Shown here: positions 10,771 through 23,034 of the stretch, one piece after another
Layout: each line of letters begins with the position of its first letter
How positions within the stretch are numbered: position 1 is the stretch's first letter
Source of the DNA: Heterodontus francisci
Lineage: Eukaryota
Assembly (NCBI RefSeq): GCF_036365525.1
Contig: NC_090393.1
Span: forward strand, 54,576,488-54,640,487
Length of the DNA: 64,000 nt
Direction of reading: 5' to 3'
Made by a program: the position numbers and the translations under genes
The notes under the pieces: generated by a model
Told to the model about the DNA's origin: nothing
The model's database searches: none
The model's input: the letters and a program-made list of their open reading frames with translations, nothing else

Positions 10771-13726
10771 TGTGGCAGGGGGATGGGAACCAAATGAGGA
10801 GGTCAGTGGACAGCAAGGAGGTAGTAACAAAAGCCTGTAAGGAACTAGATAATGAAGTCAGCGTGACTAAGGGGAAGAGTAGGCAGGGAGCAGATGATGA
10901 ACGCAAAGGGAGTGGTGGTCTGAGGTGCATTTGTTTTAATGCAAGAAGTGTAGTAGGTAAGGCAGATGAACTTAGGGCTTGGATTAGTACCTGGGAGTAT
11001 GATGTTATTGCTATTACTGAGACTTGGTTGAGGGAAGGGCATGATTGGCAACTGAATATCCCAGGATATCGATGCTTCAGGCGGGATAGAGAGGGAGGTA
11101 AAAGGGGTGGAGGAGTTGCATTACTGGTCAAAGAGGATATCACAGCTGTGCTGAAGGAGGGCACTATGGAGGACTCAAGCAGTGAGGCAATATGGGCAGA
11201 ACTCAGAAATAGGAAGGGTGCGGTAACAATGTTGGGGCTGTACTACAGGCCTCCCAACAGTGAGCGTGAGATAGAGGTACAAATATGTAAACAGATTATG
11301 GAAAGATGTAGGAGCAACAGGGTGGTGGTGATAGGAGATTTTAATTTTCCCAACATTGACTGGGATTCACTTAGTGTTAGAGGTCTCGATGGAGCAGAAT
11401 TTGTAAGGAGCATCCAGGAGGGTTTTCTAGAGCAGTATGTAAATAGTCCAACTCGGGAAGGGGCCATACTGGACCTGGTGTTGGGGAATGAGCCCGGCCA
11501 GGTGGTTGAAGTTTCAGTAGGGGACTACTTTGGGAATAGTGATCACAATTCCGTAAGCTTTAAAATACTCATGGACAAAGACGAGAGTGGTCCTAAAGGA
11601 AGAGTGCTAAATTGGGGGAAGGCCAACTATACCAAAATTCGGCAGGAGCTGGGGAATGTAGATTGGGAGCAGCTGTTTGAAGGGAAATCCACATGTGATA
11701 TGTGGGAGGCTTTTAAAGAGAGGTTGATTAGCGTGCAGGAGAGACATGTTCCTGTAAAAATGAGGGATAGAAATGGCAAGATTAGGGAACCATGGATGAC
11801 AGGTGAAATTGTGAGACTAGCTAAGAGGAAAAAGGAAGCATACATAAGGTCTAGGTGGCTGAAGAAAGACGAAGCTTTGAAAGAATATCGGGAATGTAGG
11901 ACCAATCTGAAACGAGGAATTAAGAGGGCTAAAAGGGGTCATGAAATATCTTTAGCAAACAGGGTTAAGGAAAATCCCAAAGCCTTTTATTCATATATAA
12001 GGAGCAAGAGGGTAACTGGAGAAAGGATTGGCCCACTCAAGGACAAAGGAGGAAAGTTATACGTGGAGTCAGAGAAAATGGGTGAGATTCTAAACGAGTA
12101 CTTTGCATCGGTATTCACCGAGGAGAGGGACATGAAGGATGTTGAGGTTAGGAACAGATGTTTGATTACTCTCGGTCAAGTCGGCATAAGGAGGGAGGAA
12201 GTGTTGGGTATTCTAAAAGGCATTAAGGTGGACAAGTCCCCAGGTCCGGATGGGATCTATCCCAGGTTACTGAGGGAAGCGAGAGAGGAAATAGCTGGGG
12301 CCTTAACAGATATCTTTGCAGCATCCTTAAACACGGGTGAGGTCCCGGAGGACTGGAGAATTGCTAATGTTGTCCCCTTGTTTAAGAAGGGTAGCAGGGA
12401 TAATCCAGGTAATTATAGACCGGTGAGCCTGACGTCAGTGGTAGGGAAGCTGCTGGAGAGGTTACTGAGGGATAGGATCTATTCCCATTTGGAAGAAAAT
12501 GGGCTTATCAGTGATAGGCAACATGGTTTTGTGCAGGGAAGGTCATGTCTTACCAACTTAATAGAATTCTTTGAGGAAGTGACAAAATTGATTGATGAGG
12601 GAAGGGCTGTAGATGTCATATACATGGACTTCAGTAAGGCGTTTGATAAGGTTCCCCATGGTAGGCTGATGGAGAAAGTGAAGGCGCATGGTGTCCAAGG
12701 TGTACTAGCTAGATGGAGAAAGAGCTGGCTGGGCAACAGGAGACAGAGAGTAGCAGCGGAAGGGAGTTTCTCAAAATGGAGACGTGTGACCAGTGGTGTT
12801 CCACAGGGATCTGTGCTGGGACCACTGTTGTTTGTGATATACATAAATGATTTGGAGGAAAGAATAGGTGGTCTGATTAGCAAGTTTGCAGACGACACTA
12901 AGATTGGTGGAGTAGCAGATAGTGAAGGGGACTATCAGAGAATACAGCAGAATATAGATAGATGGAGAGTTGGGCAGAGAAATGGCAGATGGAGTTCAAT
13001 CAGGGCAAATGCGAGGTGATGCATTTTGGAAGATCCAATTCAAGAGTGAACTATACAGTAAATGGAAAAGTCCTGGGGAAAATTGATGTGCAGAGAGATT
13101 TGGGTGTTCAGGTCCATTGTTCCCTGAAGGTGGCAATGCAAGTCAATAGAGTGGTCAAGAAGGCATACGGCATGCTTTCCTGCATCGGACGGGGTATTGA
13201 GTACAAGAGTTGGCAGGTCATGTTACAGTTGTATAGGACTTTGGTTCGGCCACATTTGGAATACTGCGTGCAGTTCTGGTCGCCACATTACCAAAAGGAT
13301 GTAGATGCTTTGGAGAGGGTGCAGAGGAGGTTCACCAGGATGTTGCCTGGTATGGAGGGCGCTAGCTATGAAGAGAGGTTGAGTAGATTAGGATTATTTT
13401 CATTAGAAAGACGGAGGTTGAGGGGGGACCTGATTGAGGTGTACAAAATCATGAGAGGTATAGACAGGGTGGATCGCAAGAAGCTTTTTCCCAGAGTGGG
13501 GGATTCAATTACTGGGGGCCACGAGTTCAAAGTGAAAGGGGAAAAGTTTAGGGGGGATATGCATGGAAAGTTCTTTATGCAGAGGGTGGTGGGTGCCTGG
13601 AACGCGTTGCCTGCGGAGGTGGTAGACGGGGGCACGATAGCGTCTTTTAAGATGTATCTAGACAGATACATGAATGGGCAGGAAGTAAAGAGATACAGAC
13701 CCTTAGAAAATAGGCGTCATGGTTAG
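10770..13726 (+). pseudogene. CR1 ORF2 (AP endonuclease plus reverse transcriptase), one frameshift near 12960
   Basis: ORFs 10770-13019 and 12962-13726 contain ITETWL, GDFN, SDH, QHGF, DFSKAFD, GVPQGSVLGP, FADD and [13 protein letters not shown]. Confidence 0.93.
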
Positions 13727-16700
13727 ATAGAGGATCTGGATCGGTGCAGGCCTGGAGGGCCGAAGGGCCTGTTCCTGTGCTGTAAATTTCTTTGTTCTTT
13801 GTTCTTTGTTCTTTGTTCTACTCCTCCATGTTGAACACCACTTGGAGGAAGCACTGAGGGTGGCAAGTGCACAAAATGTACTCTGGGTGGCGGTCTTCAA
13901 TGTCCATCACCAAGAGTGGCTCGGTAGCACCACTACTGGCCGAGTCCTAAAGGACATAGCTGCTAGACTTGGTCTGCGGCAGGTGGTGGGGGAACCAACA
14001 CGAGGGAAAAACATACTTGACCTCGTCCTCACCAATCTGCCTGCCGCAGATGCTTCTGTCCATGACAGTATTGGTAGGAGTGACCACCGCACAGTCATTG
14101 TGGAGACGAAGTCCCACCTTCACATTGAGGATACCGTCCATCGTGTTGTGTGGCACTATCACCGTGCTAAATGGAATAGATTTCGAACAAATCTAGCAAT
14201 GCAAAACTGGGCATCCATGAGGCGCTATGGGCCATCAGCAGAAGCAGAATTGTACTCAACCACAATCTGTAACCTCATGGCCCGGCATATCCCCCACTCT
14301 ACCGTTACCATCAAGCCAGGAGACCAATCCTGGTTCAATGAAGAGTGCAGGAGGGCATACCTCAAAATGAGGTGTCAACTTGGTGAAGCTACAACCCAGG
14401 ACTACTTGCACGCCAAACTTCATAAGCAGCATGCAATAGACAGAGCTAAGCCATCCCATAACCAACAGATCAGATCTAAGTTCTGCAGTCCTGCCACATC
14501 CAGCCATGAATGGTGGTGGACAATTGAACAACTAACTGGAGGAGGTGGCTCCACAAATATCCCCATCCTCAATGATGGGGGAGCCCAGCATATCAGTGTG
14601 AAAGATAAGGCTGAAGCATTTGCAACAATCTTCAGCCAGAAGTGCTGAGTTGATGATCCTTCTCGGCCTCCTCCTGAAGTCCCCAGCATCACAGATGCCA
14701 GACTTCAGTCAATTCGATTCACTCCACGTGATATCAAGAAAAGACTGAAGGCACTGGATACTGCAAAAGCTATGGGCCCTGACAATATTCCGGCAATAGT
14801 ACTGAAGACCTGTGCTCCAGAACTTGCCGCGCCCCTAGCCAAGCTGTTCCAGTACAGCTACAACACTGGCATCTACCCTGCAATGTGGAAAATTGCCCAG
14901 GTATGTCCTGTGCACAAAAAGCAGGACAAGTCCAACCCGGCCAATTACCGCCCCATCAGCCTACTCTCAATCATCAGTAAAGTGATGGAAGTTGTCATCA
15001 ACAGTGTCATCAAGTGGCACTTGCTTTGCAATAACCTGCTCAGTGACGCTCAGTTTGGGTTCCGCCAGGGCCACTCAGCTCCTGACCTCATTACAGCCTT
15101 GGTTCAAACATGGAGAAAAGAGCTGAACTCAAGAGGTGAGGTGAGAGTGACTGCCCTTGACATCAAGGCAGCATTTGAGCGAGTATGGCATCAAGGAGCC
15201 CTAGCAAAACTGAGGTCAATGGGAATCAGGGGAAAACACTCCGCTGGCTGGAGTCATACCTAGCACAAAGGAAGATGGCTGTGGTTGTTGACATCACTGC
15301 AGGAGTTCCTCAGGGTAATGTCGTGGGCCCAACCATCTTCAGCTGCTTCATCAATGACCTTCCCTCAATCATAAGGTCAGAAGTGGGGATGTTCACTGAT
15401 GATGGCACAATGTTCAGCACCATTCGTGACTCCTCAGATACTGAAGCTGTCCATGTAGAAATGCAGCAAAACTTGGACAATATCCAGGCTTGGGCTGATA
15501 AGTGGCAAGTAACATTTGTGCCACACAAGTGCCAGGCAATGACCATCTCCAACAAGAGAGAATCTAACCATCTCCCCTTGACATTCAATTGCATTACCAT
15601 CGCTGAATCCCCCACTATCAACATCCTAGGGGATACCATTGACCAGAAACTGAACTGGAGTAGCCATATAAATATCATGGATAAAAAGCAGGTCAGAGGC
15701 CAGGAATCCTGCGGCGAGTAACTACCTCCTGACTCCCCAAAGTCTGTCCACCATCTACAAGGCATAAGTCAGGAGTGTGATGGAATATTCTCCACTTGTC
15801 AGGATGGGTGCAGCTCCAACAACACTCAAGAAGCTTGACACCATCCAGGACAAAGCAGCCCGCTTGATTGGCACCCCATCTACAAACATTCACTCCCTTC
15901 ACCACCGACGCAGAGTGGCAGTAGTGTGTACCATCTACAAGATGCACTGCAGCAATGCACCAAGGCTCCTTAGACAGCACCTTCCAAACCCTCGACCTCT
16001 ACCAACTAGAAGGACAAGGGCAGCAAATACATGGGAACACCACCACCTGCAAGTTCCCCTCCATGTCACACACCATCCTGACTTGGAACTATATGGCCGT
16101 TCCTTCGCTGTCACTGGGTCAAAATCCTGGAACTCCCTTCCTAACATCACTGTGGGTATACCTACCCCAAATGGACTGCAGTGGTTCAAGAAGGCAGCTC
16201 ACCACCACCTTCTCAAGGGCAATTAGGGATGGGCAATAAATGCTGGCCTGGCCAGTGATGCCTACATCCCATGAATGAATGAAAAAGTTCTGGTCCCCAT
16301 GCTACAAAATGGGAATGGAAACACTGGAAGAAGTGTAGAAAGGATTCAAAATGCGGTTACTAGAATTTGGAGGTTGCAACTATCATAAAAATGAAATGAC
16401 TGGATTCCTTTCTTTGGAGAGATGAAGAATTGACATAATGGAGGTCTTCAGATTTATAAAGTGGTTCGCAAGGATGGACATGGAGAAATTGCTTCCACTT
16501 GTGTGTGAACCCAGAACAAATATGATAGCCACGAACAGATCAATTAAAGAACTTATATGAAAATATTAATTGGTAATTGTTTGGGAGATAGGAGACAGAG
16601 AATAGTGATTACGGGGCTGTTTGATTGGCCAGATTGACATGCCGTGCACCCTGGGGATTTGCATTGGGGCCTCACCTTTTCACCATTGGTATTAATGACT

Positions 16701-17947
16701 TGGATAAACGAACTGAGAATTGTTTAACCAAGTTTGCAGATTACATTAAATTTGGAGGCATAATAAATTGCATAGATTTAACGAGAAAGTTAGGTGGCTC
16801 GACTAAGTGAATGGGAAAGCTATGGCAGATGTAGTTCAGTACGTGGAAGTGTGACGTCTTCTGCTTTGGATCAGTGAAGACACTTTAATGATACAAGACC
16901 AGGAGCTCTGGTGAGGCAGTGATGCATCGATGCATACCAATCACTGAAAGATAGCGCACAGGTACAAAAAGTAATCAAAAGGCTAATGTAATGTTGGATC
17001 GTTATCACAAAGAGAATTAATTCAAAAGTGAGGAAGTACAACGCCTCAGTCAGATCCGGAGTGAGTTTATTTTGGGGTACCGAACGTCAGGAAAGATTTC
17101 TTGGCTTTGGAAAGCGTACAGAGAATACCAGGAATGATACCAGGGCTGAAAGGGTTAAATTATATTTAAAGAAACATGGTGCATTAAAATGGCTTGGAAT
17201 CCCTTGCGTTTAGAAGTTTGAGGTATGATCTGATGCAGGTCGTGAAAATGAGTAAGGAATTTGATATAGTAGACATATTTTGTTGCGAACAAGAGTGCAT
17301 AATCCTAAAATTAGAGTTAGGCCAAAAGGATTGAAATCAGGAAACACTTTTTCACAAAAGGGAAGTGGAAATGTGAAAACTCGCTTCATCAAAAGGACGT
17401 GGATGCTGTGTCATTTTTTGTCAAGTAAGGGTATCAAGTGATGTGGTACAAAGACGCGTAAATTGCATTAAGGTGCAGATTGGCCATGATCGAACTGAAT
17501 GGCGGAAGCGACGAAAGTTGCAGTGGCCTAATACCGTTCCTATATTAGAAGGAATTTCTTTGCACAGTCAGTGGTGAAAATGTAGCATTAGCTGCTGCAA
17601 CATAGACCACTTGGGCAGAAAGTCCCGTTTCTTGCTGTACCTTCCATGCAGTGATCAAATATTTAAATGCCATGATAACAGCACATTGCTTGCATTGTCA
17701 AGAACTGCTATTAATCTGACTTCGCATGTGCTGAGTTTCAGACTATTTCAGACTATGTTCAATCGCAATTCCAGGTGGTACGCTGTTATTCCCTCCCCAT
17801 ATAAAATAACCCGGTAATGCCTGCATTAGATTTCATTTTCGTTCGTTGAGCCGCATTCCTCATGCAGTAGGACAATCTGACTGAAGGAGATGCCCCCTCT
17901 CTGACCTGCAGACACTGGAGAGCAGATTTAACGAAATTGCAAAAAGC

Positions 17948-18134
17948 GGGCTGAATTTTACGAGTGCGCCGCAGTTCCTGAGCCCCCGCGATATTACACA
18001 CCGAGGTCCCCTTGCCGCGGGTAATATACGGCGGCCCTTCCCGACGTCGCAGGTCATGGCGGGCCTCTCCCTGCAGCATTTTACCGCCCCCATGCCACGA
18101 CCTGCGGCTTCGAGGGGCCGGTAAAATTCAATCC
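17948..18134. mobile_element. Harbinger-type MITE (~187 bp)
   Basis: TIRs GGGCTGAATTTTAC and GTAAAATTCAATCC flank a GC-rich interior. Confidence 0.75.
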
Positions 18135-18231
18135 TTTTCTTTTAAATATTGGGCAGATAATGACACGCACTGTTTCCTGCAGTGCTGTTGAGGGTGCTCA
18201 TTAACACTGAACCCAAATTAACAGAGACACA

Positions 18232-18914
18232 GGGCTGAATTTTACTCTGCCCCAGTGGGTCGGATGGTGGCGTGGGGGTGGCATAAAATTGAGCGGGAGA
18301 CTCCAGGAGGCCTATCCGCCATGCTTCCACATCGATCAAGTTTACGGCGTCTGGTGGGGGGGAAACGGCCTGCCCGCCTGAGGGCAAGCAAGGCCCTTAA
18401 GTGGCCACATAATGGCCCGCCTCCACGGGTATTTTACTCATGGCAAGCGGGCATGCTGGGGATGTGAAAGGCCGCCCAGCAATAGCTGCTGGTCTTTCTG
18501 CACCCCGGAGAGGGGGCGGGGAGCATGGCAGTCAGGCACAGGGTGCCCGATTGAGGGCCGCCCCCGCATCCCAACCCACCGTCGGGACCCAAGACGCCCC
18601 CTCCCCCCAAATGACCACTCCAGCCTCACCAGCGAAGGACTGATCCTCCTGGTGAGGCAAGCCCAACTTCCCTTCCCTTCAGGCTCCATGGGTCGGCTGG
18701 GCTGCAGTCCCAGCAGTAGCCACCGCTCATGGTGGCGCTGCTGAGACTAAGATCTGCCGCTGATTGGCGGCAGCTCACTGAGGAGGGACCTCCTTCCTCA
18801 AGTGGCTGGAAGTCCCACCTCAGAACAATTAAAGCCTCCAGACTGTAAAATGCCAGATGGATCTCCGGGCTAGGCAGAAGCGGGTTCCCATCTGCCTAAG
18901 GTAAAATCCAGCCA
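18232..18914. mobile_element. Harbinger-type non-autonomous element (~680 bp)
   Basis: TIRs GGGCTGAATTTTAC and GTAAAATCCAGCC. Confidence 0.78.
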
Positions 18915-19929
18915 CAGAAAACCACCCAGTGTCATCTCTCGCTCGGCATAGCACACAATAATGTGAATAGGCTAAATGTATAATAAATGTATGTTTAGGC
19001 TGACAAGGATAAAGAATAATAACCAGATCCAGATAAGTATGGACCAAACTACAGCACGATCTTGACATTCATCCGCAAAAATGTTTGTGGAAAAATATCC
19101 ATTGGTGCGCTTTATCGATTGATTTTCTCAGGTTTTTGCATATTTGAAGAGTAAAATATAGAACATACCAAGTCATGACATAGGTTACACGCTGAAGCTT
19201 AATGTACAGTTTAATTGTGGGATTTGATAAATTCGATAAGATTGGATCACTAAACCAGTAAGATTAAACTAGCAGTAGCGAACCTCGCCTATCTGTCTTG
19301 AAGATGACCAATAATTGTTATGTGAGAATGATTAGCATTTACTTTAAGTTCTAGGATTGTTTAGTTTGCAATTCGTGGCCTATAATTTAAATTCGTATTA
19401 GCACCGTTTGGTCCACTGTCAATTTGTTGGCACCGAAAATTAAGAATTAATATGGTCACGATTTGTGGTCCATTGTAAATGCTTTTATGAAGGTTTTCGC
19501 ATTCCGTGTATTTGGAATGAAATCGTAAATATTCGAAAAGAACGTCCCCTATGCTTATAATTCAACCACAAAAGCCAAGGGAATCGTCGGAATCATTTAA
19601 TTTATCGCGTTATACAGTAACCAGAGTGATTTCTATCTACGTGTGTCCCTGCCGTTACATGGTGTGACAAACATTGAATTCAATTATCAACAAAACGACC
19701 GCTTTCTGATATTTGCAGAAAATTGCTGTAACCCCGTACTGAGTCCGAAAGCGAAAAATTTCAGCATAGAATTTGAATTCTTCATTTCCCTAAACAATGG
19801 TCGTGATACATACATGGCTATACTTCAGTCTTTCAAAGACGTCAGACTTGCAATCCACTTCAACCATGAATTCCCTTGTGCTCATTGCTAGTGTATTGTG
19901 TTATTCTGTTGCTAGGCAATGATGTGGCT

Positions 19930-20450
19930 AGAGGTAGGGTAGTAGTAGTCTCGGTGGTCTTAGACGGGCCAAATGAGGCCCAGGAGCTGGAAAAGATACA
20001 GGAGGAAGTCCCTGGAATATTGCCTGACTGTGTAGTATCCAGGTCCGTGGCTAAGCAAACTCGACCAGAGTGAGCTGAGCCAGTAATTCAGCCAGATGAC
20101 CCCAAGGTCTGACTGGCTGAAACTTTTTTTTGGAGATTTAGAGATGAGAAGGAGGTGTACAGTGGTCCCCCCTGATTGAAGGCCAGCAGGCAGACCCTGA
20201 TTTAAAAAGAATAATGCAAAGCGCCTGTTCTGAGGCAGAGGCAGAGAAAGTGCCCAAATGCTACTACTTTAAAAATAGAGTAGTAATGAGGAAATGGAGT
20301 CCTGTACAGTGATCTGCAAAGGAGGAGTGGACAGTGGTCCACCAAATCTTTGTTCCCCCTAGGTATTGCAGGGAGATCTTGAGGATTTCCCATGAAATCC
20401 CAATGGTGTGTGTGCACATGAGTATCTGAAAGACCCAGGCACAGATAGGC
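19930..20450 (+). mobile_element. Gypsy LTR-retrotransposon pol fragment (integrase zinc-binding region)
   Basis: Manual translation gives VPGILPDCVV...MRKWSP...EWTVVHQIFVPPRYCREILRISHEIPM..HMSI*KT, resembling the Gypsy Q.VVP..R..IL..AH....GH.G..KT motif. Confidence 0.7.
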
Positions 20451-20479
20451 CGACACATTTACTGGCTTCAAATCCACAA

Positions 20480-20900
20480 GGATTAAATTCTTTAAGACCT
20501 GCCATACCTGTGAAATCCAGTGATGGTTCTGAATCTGATGGCCCTCTTTGCCTGACTATCATGGATGGTCTGGCAGTGCACATATTCGTTGGCCCTCTTG
20601 AATAGGGCATTGGTCACCTCCTTAATGCAGTAATGGGCAGTTGCCTGGGAGACTCCATACATGTCCCCAGTCGATCCCTGGAAAGATCCAGATCTTAGAC
20701 GTTTAATGGCACTGTGATATTCAGGGTCACTGACATAGGGTGACTCCCAAATCCCAGAGGCTGCAAATCGTCCTGCAGCAGGTCATATAAATCTCTGAAG
20801 GCCTCCCTGGAGGGCCATAGACTTCACTGACAATGGTGCATGGACATTTGGAGGTAGCTGATTCGAGTCTGGTACACTCTCTGATTTATGACCAGTTGCT
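20480..20900 (-). mobile_element. Second Harbinger transposase remnant (N-terminal part)
   Basis: The minus strand encodes RVYQTRISYLQMS...GSFQGSTGDM.GVSQ...CIKEVTNALFKR, homologous to the 314-628 region. Confidence 0.7.
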
Positions 20901-23034
20901 GTTGCTCTCATCGTGGAGCTTCAAGGACAGGGGCTGCAGCCTTTTGGCCCTCCCTCCACTGGAGGCACCAAATTATACTACAAGGGTCCAAAAAATACAG
21001 GGTGTATGAGACCCATGCTTGGTTACCTGTCAGCCTGTAGCTCGCTGTCGATGCAGAGACAACCCTGCCTTGGCAAATGAGCTTTTGACAATTTTCTCGA
21101 CAGAGTCCATGATGGCGCTCAGAGCTCAAACTTGCTGATAGCTGACCCTCCCTTCCAGCAGTAAAAGTGACCAAATGTAACATATGGCTGTTTGGTAACC
21201 CAATACAGTCCCCAAAACCCACACTAAACGCTCACAGAGACCCCCAAGACCCCAAACCACCTTGCAGAGTTCCCAAAACCCCAAACCACCTTGCGGAGGA
21301 CACAGCAATGCAGTCCAACAATGGCCTCTGAGAACCCCCCCTTCCCCTCTGCAGCAATGCTCACGGCTGCCTCCCCATTGCAGCACTGAAGCCTCTCACC
21401 TCAGTGCCGCAAGGTCAGAACGGTTGTGAACCCAAAGTGCTGCCTGCCGTCCACTAAATGAACAGCCTATTATTAAATCGAGAGTAATTAGATTTAAATG
21501 CATGTAAAAAAGCTGCCCAGCAATTTAAAATAACTTCCTGTCGTGTCAGGGCAGCAATGCTACCATGGTGCTCTCCCGCCGCTGACACAATCCAGAACTG
21601 ACGTCACGATACTGGATTACTGGACAGACTGCTCTGATGCAGTTCTCCGACACCCCCCCCCCCCCCCCCCCCATGCCACTATTCCCACCTTTAGTGGTCA
21701 CATTAAATTCTGCATGGTTTGCAGATTTATAGGCGTGTCCTGTGTCATGCTCATGAGAAGTGTAGCAATGAAAATACAGAAACAAAGTGAAAAGTTGTAA
21801 AACCTAGAACAATTTTAAAAGATTGGGACATTGGCTGTCAACAAAATGGAGGACAAGTCATGACTCTTACCACCTCCTGTAAGGTAATCTACATCCATCG
21901 TTTACTAGGACTGAAAGCCAATCAACTGCATGGAAATAAGACAGATTATCACACATGGAGGTGAGCTATACTCAAACAAAGTAAGACAAAGGCCTTTCCC
22001 AGACTTTTCATCTCCAACTAACTTGAATGCTGTCATTATGAGAGAGAAGAGCATATTTGTGCTCATTGGAGTCACTGCTACCCCATTCAGGTGGCGCCTC
22101 AGCAATCCTAGTCATCTGTTGGAGAACAGCTTGCTAGACTGCTGTGACATGCTGCAAGCCTCTTTGAGCACCGGTATCTGAAGCCATGATGGCAGTGGTC
22201 TGAGCTTGCATGGGAGCACCCATGGTTTCTGCTTGTGCTGCAATGGAAGCTGAGACATCAGCCATCAGACACTGCAAGTGTGCTAATGGTGTTGGCCACC
22301 ACTTTCATGCTGGAAAGGTTGGGTTCCCAGCTCTGCACAAAGCCCTGTACCAAGTTGGTGCCAGACTCCTCCAAGCTCCTTGACATTAAATACAGGCTTT
22401 CCAGCAGGTTTGAAATGCACCAAGCATTTCATAGTGAATACTCATCAGCCTTCTTCTGTAACTCGCCCTATCGAAGTGCTCATCTGCACCAACTGCAGCA
22501 GTAGTCATATGTGACTTTGCCCTCCAAAGAGCTAGCACTGCCACCCTTGTCTCCTGTCATTTAAAGAAAGATTGCGGACACATTGGGTGACTGTGGTTTT
22601 ACATTTTGGGAAGGAAATCTTACAATTTTTTTTTAAAGATAGACCTGTCTGAATTGCGTCAGTGTGGGTGAGGAGCTGAACCATGTGTCCATGTGTATAT
22701 GACACCAATTCCAAGTAGGTTCTTCTATATCATTTGATTACACAAATTCAGGAACAACTTTGTGACCGCCTCCCTGCTGGATACTGTGATACAATTCCAG
22801 GCAATGCGTGACTTTTTTCCGAACTATCCATTTGTTAAATCATTGGCCACTAATAGTTGTATTGAAGCAGGTGCTATAAGCAGCAACTCAAACAGTCATA
22901 ACTACAAATGCACAGAAGACTTTAACTGAAACCAGCTCAGATAAAAGTCAGGTTTTTAAAATTCTCCTTCATACTAATCATAAACTTGGTATCCATTTAG
23001 TGCATAGTTTTAATTGTTCAGACTGATTTGCATA

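Larger units (their letters stand above)
9463..13818 (+). mobile_element. Full-length, young CR1 LINE (family A; esterase-type ORF1 plus APE-RT ORF2)
   Basis: 5-bp TSD TACTC at 9458-9462 and 13819-13823, (TTCTTTG)n 3' tail, and two ORFs with one lesion each. Confidence 0.95.
8681..16286 (+). mobile_element. Near full-length CR1-clade LINE (family B, APE-RT) with tRNA-like 5' head; split by the element at 9463-13818
   Basis: APE (PDIVILTESYL; ILDLVLTN; SDH) and RT (NYRPISLL, QFGFR, LDIKAAF, GVPQG) fragments. The sequence resumes exactly across the insertion (PPSADESVL|LHVEHHLEE). The 3' tail is GGGCAATAAATGCTGGCC...ATGAATGAATG. Confidence 0.88.

Noticed and set aside
17560-19900. Possible missing V or leader exon for a middle cluster
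   Set aside because: I found no Ig V motifs (WYxQ, YYC, FGxG) or consensus octamer by eye or in the ORF track. A highly decayed remnant cannot be excluded without alignment.
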